Assembly (NCBI GenBank): GCA_963835605.1
Contig: CAWIHO010000045.1
Coordinates: 12,713 to 44,712, forward strand
Source: an uncultured delta proteobacterium
GTDB taxonomy: Bacteria > Desulfobacterota > Syntrophorhabdia > Syntrophorhabdales > WCHB1-27
Length of the DNA: 32,000 nt
Direction of reading: 5' to 3'
Shown here: piece by piece, positions 1 through 9,358 of the stretch
How positions within the stretch are numbered: position 1 is the stretch's first letter
How the letters are laid out: each line of letters opens with the position of its first letter
Program-made: the position numbers and the translations under genes
The notes under the pieces: generated by a model
Database searches by the model: none
Told to the model about the DNA's origin: nothing
Seen by the model: the letters and a program-made list of their open reading frames with translations, nothing else

Positions 1-917
1 GTTGGGAATTGGCTGACTGCCATAAACACATTAAAAATCATGGAGCCGATAATGATAAGGAAAATCATGGCTGTCGTGTGCGTTACCTCGAGGAATGCAG
101 TGCCAAGGTTTGACCAGTTCAACTTTCCGGTAACGATGCCAATAAAAAGGGCCAAAAATGCGCCAATGCCTCCAGCCTCGGTCGGTGTAAAAATCCCAAA
201 ATAAAGACCGCCTATTACAATCACAAATAAGAACAATACCGACCAGACATCTTTCAGGGAGGTTATCTTTTCTCTGAAGGTTGTTTTTGGCCCCGGAGGA
301 CCCAATTGAGGATTTTTTCGAGTCATAAGAAAAATAGTAAGAATAAATAAAATGCTGAGTAAGATTCCCGGGAGTATACCGGCAACAAAAAGTTTGCCTA
401 TGGACTGTTCGGTGAGCAACCCATAAATAATAAAGACGGTACTCGGGGGGATCAAAATACCGAGAGTGCCACCAGCGGCAACGCATCCTGTAGCGAGACG
501 GCCATCATAGTTATACTTTTTCATCTCCGGCAAGGCTATTTTCCCAATTGTAGCTGCTGTACCTACGCTGGTGCCGCTTACAGCAGCAAAACCAGCACAA
601 GCAGCGACCGTAGCGATACTTAACCCTCCCCGAAAGCTTCCCACCCATTTATAGGCAGTACTATAGAGACCTTTGCTCATTCCAGCATATGAACAAAAAA
701 TGCCCATCCCCACAAAAAGGGGGACAACACTCATGGTATAACTAGCCATGTTCGAATAGAATACTGTCGCTATAACAGGAAGCCCTGCTTTCAGGCTTGT
801 CAGATAAAAAATACCGCCAAGACCCACCAACGACATCGCGACGCCAATGTGTACTCCTAAAAACAACATTAAAATCATAATTGCGATGCCGATGATTCCT
901 ATAGAAAACGGGCTCAT
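1..917 (-). CDS. dctM: TRAP transporter large permease, DctM family (partial, runs off left edge)
   Basis: Reverse-strand reading from ATG at 917 is open to the edge: MSPFSIGIIGIAIMILMLFLGVHIGVAMSLVGLGGIFYL...GCVAAGGTLGILIPPSTVFIIYGLLTEQSIGKLFVAGILPG...; the ATGA overlaps the dctQ stop. Absent from the ORF track because it has no stop inside the window. Confidence 0.95.
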   Translation of the reverse strand, partial: MSPFSIGIIGIAIMILMLFLGVHIGVAMSLVGLGGIFYLTSLKAGLPVIATVFYSNMASYTMSVVPLFVGMGIFCSYAGMSKGLYSTAYKWVGSFRGGLSIATVAACAGFAAVSGTSVGTAATIGKIALPEMKKYNYDGRLATGCVAAGGTLGILIPPSTVFIIYGLLTEQSIGKLFVAGILPGILLSILFILTIFLMTRKNPQLGPPGPKTTFREKITSLKDVWSVLFLFVIVIGGLYFGIFTPTEAGGIGAFLALFIGIVTGKLNWSNLGTAFLEVTHTTAMIFLIIIGSMIFNVFMAVSQFP

Positions 918-1417
918 TTTCCAACCCCCTGAGCTAGAGAATGGATAAATTTTACTAGAAACACCAAAGTAAGCGAAATAAAGCTAATGGCCACCGCATA
1001 GACGAAGGGGTAGGCGGGTATTGGCAGCACTCCAATGAGGAGACCAGTTCTCCGTAAGGAGTTTGCATAGACGATGGTCTGCCAGGATGCTACTATAAAC
1101 ACAGCAAGACCTGCAAAGTAACTCAAGATATCTGATAGTAACTGGGTCCTATGTGAACATCGGGAAGTGAGAATATTAATACGCACGTGCTGGTCAACGA
1201 CCAGGGCATAAGCAAGGCTAAGGGAAATCACCAAACCTGTCATTACCTCCACGAATTCGTAGTCGCCTTTGATGGGTTTGTTAAAAAAATAACGTCCCAC
1301 AACATCCGCTGCGACAAATAAGACCATGAGTCCAAACAAAACAGCGGCCACATAATTGATCACGAAGCTAAATCCGATTATGCCTCGCTCTACAAGTCTG
1401 ACTGCACGATTGGCCAT
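914..1417 (-). CDS. dctQ: TRAP transporter small permease, DctQ family
   Basis: 167 aa, four hydrophobic segments, motif DVVGRYFFNKPIKGDYEFVE; overlaps dctM by ATGA. Confidence 0.92.
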   Translation of the reverse strand: MANRAVRLVERGIIGFSFVINYVAAVLFGLMVLFVAADVVGRYFFNKPIKGDYEFVEVMTGLVISLSLAYALVVDQHVRINILTSRCSHRTQLLSDILSYFAGLAVFIVASWQTIVYANSLRRTGLLIGVLPIPAYPFVYAVAISFISLTLVFLVKFIHSLAQGVGK

Positions 1418-1527
1418 TTTGATTACCTCAAAGTTTATTTCTGTATTTTGTCGCTTGTCATCATAAGACTCTCTTTCAGAACCCCTGCGTTAGACCATTT
1501 TACTGATTACGAGAAAAGAAAGAAGAG

Positions 1528-2659
1528 TGAGCCGTGCCAGATGAGCAGCCTCACTTTGCCACGCAATTGTTTAAGCTCTTACTCCTTGTATTCCTTTGAA
1601 ATGCGATTTGCTGCATCAACAATTTTTCTCCCAGGCATCCCTTTGGACTCTAAACTTTGAATCCACTTCTCACGAATCGGTTGGGCCTGAGTGCGCCATC
1701 GTTGCAATTCGGTGTCTGGAAGCTGGATGATTTCGACCCCAGGCATTTTTTTTGCTTTATCAACAGAAATCATGTCCTCTTCCCACCATGCCTTTCCTGC
1801 GACCTTTGCCAAATAAAGACCGGAAACTCCGTCGATAATCTTCTGATCGGCCGGAGATAACGAATTCCATTTGTCCTTGTTCATGACTAAAGCGAATGCT
1901 GATATATTAATGCCGACCCAGGTGTGATATTTGGTGAGTTCGTGCAAATTAAACGTGTTTAAACCGGTCCAACTCCAAAATGTACAATCCACCACCCCCC
2001 TCTGCAATGCCAGGTAAAGTTCGGGGGCCGGTACGTTTATTGGAGTCGCTCCCAATGCTGTTGCTACCAGTTGTGCAACCGTCCCGGGGGCTGCTATTTT
2101 CATCCCCTTAAAGTCTTCCAGCTTGCGGATGGGCTTTTTAGTCGAGTGGATAAAATAAGGCGTAATATTATGCAGGTTGATCACCTTCACATCTTTGTAA
2201 TCATCTTTGATATATCCTTCGTCATAAAGTCTCTGTAAGACGAAGTTGGCGTGCCTGACATCACTTGACCAGGGCGAAAGGGGCATCTCAATAACATCAC
2301 TCAAGGGGAAACGACCAGGGGAGGCCCACTGGTTAAAGTTTCCAAGATCCGCAAAACCGGAGACAACATTATCATAAATATCCTTTTGCTTGGCCAGAGA
2401 CTCGCTCGCATAAATCCTTACCTTTATTCTCCCATCCGTATTCTTTTCCACCATCTTTGCCCAAGCGTCAAGGACACCCCGATACTCAACGCCGGTGGTG
2501 GGTACAAACGTGGCCAGTTTAAGCTCAACTGTCTTGGATTGAGGATAGCCGTTTCCACTTAGTCCTAGTGTCAGCACCAACGCCATGAGCAGGCCACAAG
2601 ACAATTGTGCTACTATCCCTTTTCTCATCTTACCCTCCTGGTTAGCTTGCCATAGGCAC
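1528..2659. repeat. Direct repeat copy A (1132 bp) containing dctP
   Basis: Matches 2763..3894 at constant offset 1235; bounded by TGAGCCGTGCCAG... and ...GCTTGCCATAGGCAC. Confidence 0.9.
1579..2628 (-). CDS. dctP: TRAP transporter substrate-binding protein, DctP family (copy 1)
   Basis: 349 aa with signal peptide; TRAP-type features such as KLEDFKGMKIAAPG and ATPINVPAPELYLALQRGVVD. Confidence 0.93.
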   Translation of the reverse strand: MRKGIVAQLSCGLLMALVLTLGLSGNGYPQSKTVELKLATFVPTTGVEYRGVLDAWAKMVEKNTDGRIKVRIYASESLAKQKDIYDNVVSGFADLGNFNQWASPGRFPLSDVIEMPLSPWSSDVRHANFVLQRLYDEGYIKDDYKDVKVINLHNITPYFIHSTKKPIRKLEDFKGMKIAAPGTVAQLVATALGATPINVPAPELYLALQRGVVDCTFWSWTGLNTFNLHELTKYHTWVGINISAFALVMNKDKWNSLSPADQKIIDGVSGLYLAKVAGKAWWEEDMISVDKAKKMPGVEIIQLPDTELQRWRTQAQPIREKWIQSLESKGMPGRKIVDAANRISKEYKE

Positions 2660-2762
2660 GCGATGCCTGCCCGGTACGATGCCGGTCACGAAAACGACTG
2701 TTCAGGGAGACAAGGAGATACAAAAAGGCTGTACACTCCACATCGATTCCACCTGGGCCGGA

Positions 2763-3894
2763 TGAGCCGTGCCAGATGAGCAGCCTCACTTTGCCACGCA
2801 ATTGTTTAAGCTCTTACTCCTTGTATTCCTTTGAAATGCGATTTGCTGCATCAACAATTTTTCTCCCAGGCATCCCTTTGGACTCTAAACTTTGAATCCA
2901 CTTCTCACGAATCGGTTGGGCCTGAGTGCGCCATCGTTGCAATTCGGTGTCTGGAAGCTGGATGATTTCGACCCCAGGCATTTTTTTTGCTTTATCAACA
3001 GAAATCATGTCCTCTTCCCACCATGCCTTTCCTGCGACCTTTGCCAAATAAAGACCGGAAACTCCGTCGATAATCTTCTGATCGGCCGGAGATAACGAAT
3101 TCCATTTGTCCTTGTTCATGACTAAAGCGAATGCTGATATATTAATGCCGACCCAGGTGTGATATTTGGTGAGTTCGTGCAAATTAAACGTGTTTAAACC
3201 GGTCCAACTCCAAAATGTACAATCCACCACCCCCCTCTGCAATGCCAGGTAAAGTTCGGGGGCCGGTACGTTTATTGGAGTCGCTCCCAATGCTGTTGCT
3301 ACCAGTTGTGCAACCGTCCCGGGGGCTGCTATTTTCATCCCCTTAAAGTCTTCCAGCTTGCGGATGGGCTTTTTAGTCGAGTGGATAAAATAAGGCGTAA
3401 TATTATGCAGGTTGATCACCTTCACATCTTTGTAATCATCTTTGATATATCCTTCGTCATAAAGTCTCTGTAAGACGAAGTTGGCGTGCCTGACATCACT
3501 TGACCAGGGCGAAAGGGGCATCTCAATAACATCACTCAAGGGGAAACGACCAGGGGAGGCCCACTGGTTAAAGTTTCCAAGATCCGCAAAACCGGAGACA
3601 ACATTATCATAAATATCCTTTTGCTTGGCCAGAGACTCGCTCGCATAAATCCTTACCTTTATTCTCCCATCCGTATTCTTTTCCACCATCTTTGCCCAAG
3701 CGTCAAGGACACCCCGATACTCAACGCCGGTGGTGGGTACAAACGTGGCCAGTTTAAGCTCAACTGTCTTGGATTGAGGATAGCCGTTTCCACTTAGTCC
3801 TAGTGTCAGCACCAACGCCATGAGCAGGCCACAAGACAATTGTGCTACTATCCCTTTTCTCATCTTACCCTCCTGGTTAGCTTGCCATAGGCAC
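2763..3894. repeat. Direct repeat copy B (1132 bp) containing dctP
   Basis: Matches 1528..2659; separated by a unique 103-bp spacer (2660..2762). Confidence 0.9.
2814..3863 (-). CDS. dctP: TRAP transporter substrate-binding protein, DctP family (copy 2, identical protein)
   Basis: From MRKGIV at 3863, the same 349-aa sequence as 1579..2628. The ORF track start at 3896 adds 11 residues that are probably not translated. Confidence 0.92.
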   Translation of the reverse strand: MRKGIVAQLSCGLLMALVLTLGLSGNGYPQSKTVELKLATFVPTTGVEYRGVLDAWAKMVEKNTDGRIKVRIYASESLAKQKDIYDNVVSGFADLGNFNQWASPGRFPLSDVIEMPLSPWSSDVRHANFVLQRLYDEGYIKDDYKDVKVINLHNITPYFIHSTKKPIRKLEDFKGMKIAAPGTVAQLVATALGATPINVPAPELYLALQRGVVDCTFWSWTGLNTFNLHELTKYHTWVGINISAFALVMNKDKWNSLSPADQKIIDGVSGLYLAKVAGKAWWEEDMISVDKAKKMPGVEIIQLPDTELQRWRTQAQPIREKWIQSLESKGMPGRKIVDAANRISKEYKE

Positions 3895-4235
3895 AATCAA
3901 AAATGGGACGGATCTTTAAGAAACTTTCCTCGGCCCTCTGGTACAGCATACCTACCCCCAAAAAAAAGTCAATAACTTTTTCGAGATTTACATCAACACG
4001 TATACGCAAGAAAGCTATGCCCGGACTAACTCCGCCTGAAGTAAGGATGTAGTAGTCAGAACCGGTTTTCAAAGTCTACCCCAGACCGGACCTGAGCAAC
4101 CAGCCATAACTTGACGTAGTATTCGGTTGTTGCGTATAATGCCTTCCAGAAGAAGATTCCAACGTTTCTTCGGGAAGATTCCGGTTGCGAGCACCGTTGT
4201 TGAGCCTCCCAGGAATAGAAAAAGGATAGAACAGA

Positions 4236-6806
4236 GTGAAAGAAGACGTCTGGGTCAAAAGTACCTGCAATATATGTTTTAGTCACTGCGCTATACGAGT
4301 TCACCGTGTAGATGGTGTAGTGACCGAAATTGAAGGGAATCCGGACTGCGCTACCAGTCTCGGAGGGCTCTGTCCCAGAGGAGCTGCCGGCATGATGCTC
4401 CTCTATGACCCCAATCGGATAAACACCCCGCTGAAAAGGACAAACCCGGAGAAAGGTATTGGGATCGATCCGAAGTGGGTGGAAATAAGCTGGGATGAAG
4501 CACTGGACACAATAACTGAGAGGCTTAGAAAAATTAAGGCCGACGATCCAAGAAAGCTGCAGACCATCCATTCCGTGATCCTCGGAGACAATGTTCCGTT
4601 GGGTGTTTCCTTCGCCGCAGCGTTCGGGAGCCCCAATTGGTTTCCCTCGGGAGCCGGTATGCATTGCGGAAACGGATCACACTTGTTTTCTGGCATGATG
4701 CACGCCGCCTGGACGAAGATGCCCGACCCAAACTATACCGAATACTATCTCAATTTTGGCTGCCCGGCGGGCTTCGGTGCTTATTACTGTGTTACCGGCA
4801 TGGCACAGAGGATGGCGAATGCCAGAAGAAGAGGAATGAAGCATGTCGTGATCGAGCCATGGATGGGAACGCCAGGCCTGAATAGTGATGAATGGATACC
4901 TATTAGGCCCGGTACCGATGCTGCACTGGCGTTGGCCATGGTGAATCTTCTACTTAACGAGTATGGGATATACGACGCAGGGAGCATAAAGCAATATACT
5001 AATGGTCCCTACTTAGTTGGAGTTGATGGCTATTACGTTCGAGACAAAGAGACACAAAAACCGCTCGTGTGGGACATCCTTGATGGAAAAGCTAAAGCTT
5101 ACGATGCCCCCACTTTACAGGACGTGGCTCTGGAGGGGAGTTACTCAGTTAACGGGGCTGAAGCCACAACCGCCTTTTCTTTAATCAAAGAGCATGTCAA
5201 AAAGTATACGCCGGAAATGGCTTCTGGGATAACTACCGTCCCCGCGGAGACAATACGCCGGTTGGCAAAGGAATTCGGGGAGGCAGCGAGGATAGGGAGC
5301 ACTATCGTTATTGACGGAAAAGAGTTACCTTACAGACCGGTCGCTGTCGGGTACTTCAGGGGAGCCTCCGCGCATAAGCATTCCGCTCTGATCAATATGG
5401 CACTTGAACTTCTGCAGGAAATAGTCGGGGCCAATAACGTACCTGGCGGCGTCTTGGGGATGAATTCCCGAGCCCTTGGGCATCCAGAAACCGGCCAGCC
5501 TTCGTACAGTCCAGGCGAAGGCCCGGATGGACTTCTGAAGGTAGGAGCGTGGACTGTACCACACATCCCCTGGCCTTTAGAGGAGCCCAAGAAACCGGAA
5601 ACGACCGGCATGACTGACCTCGTCCCCACCTCCGGGATATCTCCGCTCGTTCTCTGGGGTATAACGGAACACGAGAAGTATAAAATACCTTACAAGACTG
5701 AATTCGTGATGCACACCGGCGGTAATTACATGATGTCTTTTCTCGACCCGAAGGCCGTGGAAGGGACGTTTAAAGAAGGCATATTCATTGTTTCGTTTAG
5801 CGTTTTCCTGGATGAGTCAACCGAGCTTGCGGATATCGTTCTGCCTGATACCTGCTACCTCGAAAAGCTTGATTTGCGGGCTGATATGGACAGCACATTC
5901 TCGCCCGTGGATGGATGGGCGATGCACCTGAGACAACCGGTTGTTGAGCCCGTGCTCCAGCGAAGACCCACCCAGAAGGTGCTTCTTGAGTTGGCAGAAA
6001 GATTGGGCATACTGGGTGATTTCTATCGGCGGATCAATATAGCCTTCAATTTCAAGGACCCCTACAAACTTGACCCGGAGCAGAAATATACCTGGGAGGA
6101 GATCGTTGACCGCAGGTTGAAAGGATACTTTGGGCCTGAGCGTGGTCTGGATTGGTTCAAGGAAAACGGCCTCATAAGCTGGCCCAAAAAGGTGGAAGAA
6201 GTCTATTGGAGGCCTTTTGTGAAGGTTCGCGTACCCATCTACTACGAACACTTTAAGAGGCTTGGGGAGCAGATAGAGCACATAAAGAAAGAGCATGATA
6301 TACCCGGCTTTGACACATCGGATTTCCAGCCGATGCCGGATTGGAAACCGTGCGCGTCCCACGAGGAGAAACGTCCAGACTATGATCTGTATGGGATTTA
6401 TTACAGAATACCCTTTCACACCTTCACCTCCACTTACAATAATCCGTTTCTGGACGAAGTCTCCAAGACAGATCCTTATGTGTACGGAATCGCCATGAAC
6501 ACGGAAACTGCCCGCAAGAAAGGCATCAAGAACGGGGACCGGGTGGTCATTCAATCGGCGGGGACGGGCCATGAAATAGAGGGAAGGGCCGCCCTGAGCG
6601 AGGCTATCCATCCTGAACTGATTGCCTATGCCAGCGGAGGAGGCCACTGGTCGAAAGGTTTACCCATTGCCAGCCAGCAGGGGAAGGGAATATGCCCTGA
6701 ATGGCTCATCCCCTTAAGTTGGGATTACATAGACACGGTCAGCTTCAACCTTGACCTCTGTGTCAAAGTGAAGGTACAGAGAAAGGATGAAGGAGGGGCT
6801 CGATGA
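4236..6806 (+). CDS. Molybdopterin (bis-PGD) oxidoreductase, DMSO reductase superfamily catalytic subunit
   Basis: 856 aa, N-terminal 4Fe-4S motif CNICFSHCAIRVHRVDGVVTEIEGNP...GGLCPRG; C-terminal molybdopterin dinucleotide binding domain (GIKNGDRVVIQS). GTG start. Confidence 0.93.
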   Translation: MKEDVWVKSTCNICFSHCAIRVHRVDGVVTEIEGNPDCATSLGGLCPRGAAGMMLLYDPNRINTPLKRTNPEKGIGIDPKWVEISWDEALDTITERLRKIKADDPRKLQTIHSVILGDNVPLGVSFAAAFGSPNWFPSGAGMHCGNGSHLFSGMMHAAWTKMPDPNYTEYYLNFGCPAGFGAYYCVTGMAQRMANARRRGMKHVVIEPWMGTPGLNSDEWIPIRPGTDAALALAMVNLLLNEYGIYDAGSIKQYTNGPYLVGVDGYYVRDKETQKPLVWDILDGKAKAYDAPTLQDVALEGSYSVNGAEATTAFSLIKEHVKKYTPEMASGITTVPAETIRRLAKEFGEAARIGSTIVIDGKELPYRPVAVGYFRGASAHKHSALINMALELLQEIVGANNVPGGVLGMNSRALGHPETGQPSYSPGEGPDGLLKVGAWTVPHIPWPLEEPKKPETTGMTDLVPTSGISPLVLWGITEHEKYKIPYKTEFVMHTGGNYMMSFLDPKAVEGTFKEGIFIVSFSVFLDESTELADIVLPDTCYLEKLDLRADMDSTFSPVDGWAMHLRQPVVEPVLQRRPTQKVLLELAERLGILGDFYRRINIAFNFKDPYKLDPEQKYTWEEIVDRRLKGYFGPERGLDWFKENGLISWPKKVEEVYWRPFVKVRVPIYYEHFKRLGEQIEHIKKEHDIPGFDTSDFQPMPDWKPCASHEEKRPDYDLYGIYYRIPFHTFTSTYNNPFLDEVSKTDPYVYGIAMNTETARKKGIKNGDRVVIQSAGTGHEIEGRAALSEAIHPELIAYASGGGHWSKGLPIASQQGKGICPEWLIPLSWDYIDTVSFNLDLCVKVKVQRKDEGGAR

Positions 6807-7444
6807 CCTACGGCATGGTGATAGACCTGAAAAGATGCATTGGCTGTCGCGGTTGCGAGATATTCTGTAAGAGCGCAAATGCCACCGCTCCGGGGGTGCT
6901 CTGGTCACGGGTGTTGTTCTATGAGCTGGGAAAATATCCCGCGGCCAAGAGGGTGCCTGTACCCGTGCTTTGTATGCATTGCAGAGTGCCCGCGTGCGTT
7001 GATGTATGCCCTACGGGGGCGAGTATAAAGAGGTCCGACGGGATTGTAACGATAGACGAAAACAAGTGCTCGGGGTGTCTTAACTGCCTCATGGCCTGCC
7101 CCTATGGGGCGCGTCATCTGTCACCTGCGAGCGATGAGGGTCACTTTCCTGGTCAGGGACTTACTCCATACGAAAAGGTCGGCTCCCAGCAGCACCCCAG
7201 AGGTGCGGTGGGAAAATGCAATTTCTGCCTGCCGAGGATTGAGCGGGGACTCAAGCCGGCTTGTGTCCAGAATTGCATGTCTAAAGCGAGATACTTTGGC
7301 GATCTCGATGACCCTGAGAGCGAAGTGTCGCAGCTTATACGCAGCGGGGGAGCCTTCCAGATTCGCCCCGTAATTTTCTCCGGAAGTCCGGTGACCGGGG
7401 CGACATCGGAGATAGAGACTGTAGTCTACTATCTGGAGCGTTGA
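6803..7444 (+). CDS. 4Fe-4S ferredoxin-type electron transfer subunit (DmsB/PsrB/NrfC-like)
   Basis: Cys clusters CIGCRGCEIFCK, CMHCRVPACVDVCP, CSGCLNCLMACPYG, CNFCLPR...CVQNC; ATGA overlap with the upstream gene. Confidence 0.93.
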   Translation: MTYGMVIDLKRCIGCRGCEIFCKSANATAPGVLWSRVLFYELGKYPAAKRVPVPVLCMHCRVPACVDVCPTGASIKRSDGIVTIDENKCSGCLNCLMACPYGARHLSPASDEGHFPGQGLTPYEKVGSQQHPRGAVGKCNFCLPRIERGLKPACVQNCMSKARYFGDLDDPESEVSQLIRSGGAFQIRPVIFSGSPVTGATSEIETVVYYLER

Positions 7445-7535
7445 AGAGGCGCATCCTCGTGCGAACCGTTACGGATAAAAAAGTGGTAAAGCATCACGAG
7501 GCTATGAGCCAGAGGGTAGGAGAGCAAGGGTAAAG

Positions 7536-8804
7536 ATGGCAGCAAGAAAACATCTCATAATCGGTGCCGGTCCGGCTGCACTGAGTGCCCTGGAGGCAAT
7601 AAGACGTATTACCTCCCGGGACGAGGTCAAGCTGGTCACCCTGGAAGACTCTCTCCCCTATTCGCCTGCCGCGCTTCCCTACTTGCTGTGCGGAGGGATA
7701 ACAGAGGCGCAGTTGTGGCTGAGAGATGACGCGTATTTCAGGCACCGGAGATGCACCCTGGTGCGAGGTAAAGAAGTTACCCGTCTCCTTCCGCAGAAGA
7801 AAGAGGTTATCTATCACGACGGGGTTTCAGAATTCTATGATACCCTGCTCATCGCTTCCGGTGCAGAGACGGTGAGGCCCGCAATCGAGGGAATGGCTGA
7901 GGTTGGAATCCAGCATTTCAGAACCTTAACCGATTGCCGGCGGCTTCTCGGGGAGTTAAAGACCAAAAACAGGGTGGCTATTTTAGGTGCGGGGCTGGTG
8001 GGAATGAAGATAGCCGCGGCACTCCTGGAAAGGGGATGCCGGGTCAGCATTGTTGAGAAGGAGCAGACTGTCCTCCCCCTCTATTTCAGTGAGGAGGCCG
8101 AGGTCTATATAAGACAGACCTTCATAGACCATAAGGCCAGTCTCTTTATGGGAAAGGCGGTGAGTAGTGTCAAGAGAGAAGGCGACCAGATAAAGATTTT
8201 CTTGTGTGAGGGCGGCTCTCTGACTGCGGATATTCTCATCAACGCGATGGGAGTCAAGAGCAGAATACCTTTTCTGCAAGGGACAGGCGTGAGAATAGCC
8301 GGCGGCATCCTTGTGGACAAAGGAATGGGAACGAGCATCGACCAGATTTACGCTGCGGGAGACGTGGCCGAACCACCGGATTTTTTCACCGGTGAGCCGA
8401 AGATCAGCGCCATTATCCCCAGCGCTGTGAGTCAGGGTAGAGTTGCCGGCGCCAGTATGGCAGGGGTAAAGGCGGAATATGAGGGTGGAATCCCCATGAC
8501 GGCTTTTGGCTTCATGGGCAATCGGGCATTCTCCATAGGCGTGCCTATGCTTCAGCAGGACCCCGGGCAAGTGCTGACACAGAGGGATGGCCAAAACAAA
8601 AGGTTCAAAAAGCTGGTCTTCGACGGGGATAGGCTCATCGGTGGTATGTTCTTGAATGAAATCGTAGACCCAGGCATTATCCTCCACCTCATTAAAGAAA
8701 GAATAAATCTGTCATCTCACAAAGAAGCCCTCTTCGAAGGGACAAAGCCCCTCTCTGATCCTTGGTTAACCTCGCTTAAGTTCTCCCGGCCTGGCTCGAG
8801 GTAA
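7536..8804 (+). CDS. FAD-dependent pyridine nucleotide-disulfide oxidoreductase
   Basis: GAGPAALSALEAI N-terminal FAD motif, second Rossmann GAGLVGMKIAAALLERGCRVSIVE, and IYAAGDVAE. Confidence 0.9.
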   Translation: MAARKHLIIGAGPAALSALEAIRRITSRDEVKLVTLEDSLPYSPAALPYLLCGGITEAQLWLRDDAYFRHRRCTLVRGKEVTRLLPQKKEVIYHDGVSEFYDTLLIASGAETVRPAIEGMAEVGIQHFRTLTDCRRLLGELKTKNRVAILGAGLVGMKIAAALLERGCRVSIVEKEQTVLPLYFSEEAEVYIRQTFIDHKASLFMGKAVSSVKREGDQIKIFLCEGGSLTADILINAMGVKSRIPFLQGTGVRIAGGILVDKGMGTSIDQIYAAGDVAEPPDFFTGEPKISAIIPSAVSQGRVAGASMAGVKAEYEGGIPMTAFGFMGNRAFSIGVPMLQQDPGQVLTQRDGQNKRFKKLVFDGDRLIGGMFLNEIVDPGIILHLIKERINLSSHKEALFEGTKPLSDPWLTSLKFSRPGSR

Positions 8805-8865
8805 GCTGTAGTTCCGATTGAAAGCCTTTTTCTCTGAACGCTTTGCTCAGAGGCCGCCCCCTTTT

Positions 8866-9354
8866 CTATGGTTCCCGGCTTCGTGCGGCCGACTTTATGG
8901 CTCTTATTATCTGTACATAGCCCCCGCAGCGGCATAGATTGCCTTCGATTGCCGTTTTTATCTCATGTTCGGTCGGGTTGGATTTTTCGTCCAAAAGAGC
9001 TTTTGCCGACATAATCATACCCGGTGCGCAAAACCCACACTGGACGGCCCCTTCCTCCACGAAGGCTGCCTGGATCGGATGTAGGATCGGATGAACGTCC
9101 TGGGAAAACGTCTTGCTCAAGCCTTCCACAGTCCATACCTCTCCTTCGTCAGCTTCCATTACGGGAAGTATACATGAAACGATTGCCTTTCGATTCACGA
9201 TCACGGTACACGCACCACATTCCCCCATCCCGCAACCCTCTTTTACCCCGGTAAGTCCCAATATCTCTCTCAAAAGATAGAGGAGTGTCCAGTGAGGCTC
9301 CACTTCAACCTGTGTAGGCTCACCATTTAGAACAAAGGATATGCGCTTCCTCAT
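8866..9354 (-). CDS. Molybdenum hydroxylase (xanthine oxidase family) 2Fe-2S small subunit, CoxS/HcrC-like
   Basis: CGMGECGACTVIVN and CGFCAPGMIMSAKALL...CRCGGYVQI motifs. Confidence 0.95.
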   Translation of the reverse strand: MRKRISFVLNGEPTQVEVEPHWTLLYLLREILGLTGVKEGCGMGECGACTVIVNRKAIVSCILPVMEADEGEVWTVEGLSKTFSQDVHPILHPIQAAFVEEGAVQCGFCAPGMIMSAKALLDEKSNPTEHEIKTAIEGNLCRCGGYVQIIRAIKSAARSREP

Positions 9355-9358
9355 TATG

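Noticed and set aside
31-924. Track ORFs 31..486 (-) and 742..924 (-) as genes
   Set aside because: Out-of-frame reads over dctM. The true DctM frame is open from 917 to the window edge.
1657-3095. Identical 67-aa plus-strand ORFs at 1657..1860 and 2892..3095
   Set aside because: Antisense to the duplicated dctP genes. Their repetition only reflects the 1235-bp offset duplication.
5817-6647. 276-aa minus-strand ORF
   Set aside because: Antisense to the well supported molybdoenzyme, with no recognisable domain. Spurious.
7983-8687. 234-aa minus-strand ORF
   Set aside because: Antisense to the FAD oxidoreductase; composition typical of shadow ORFs.
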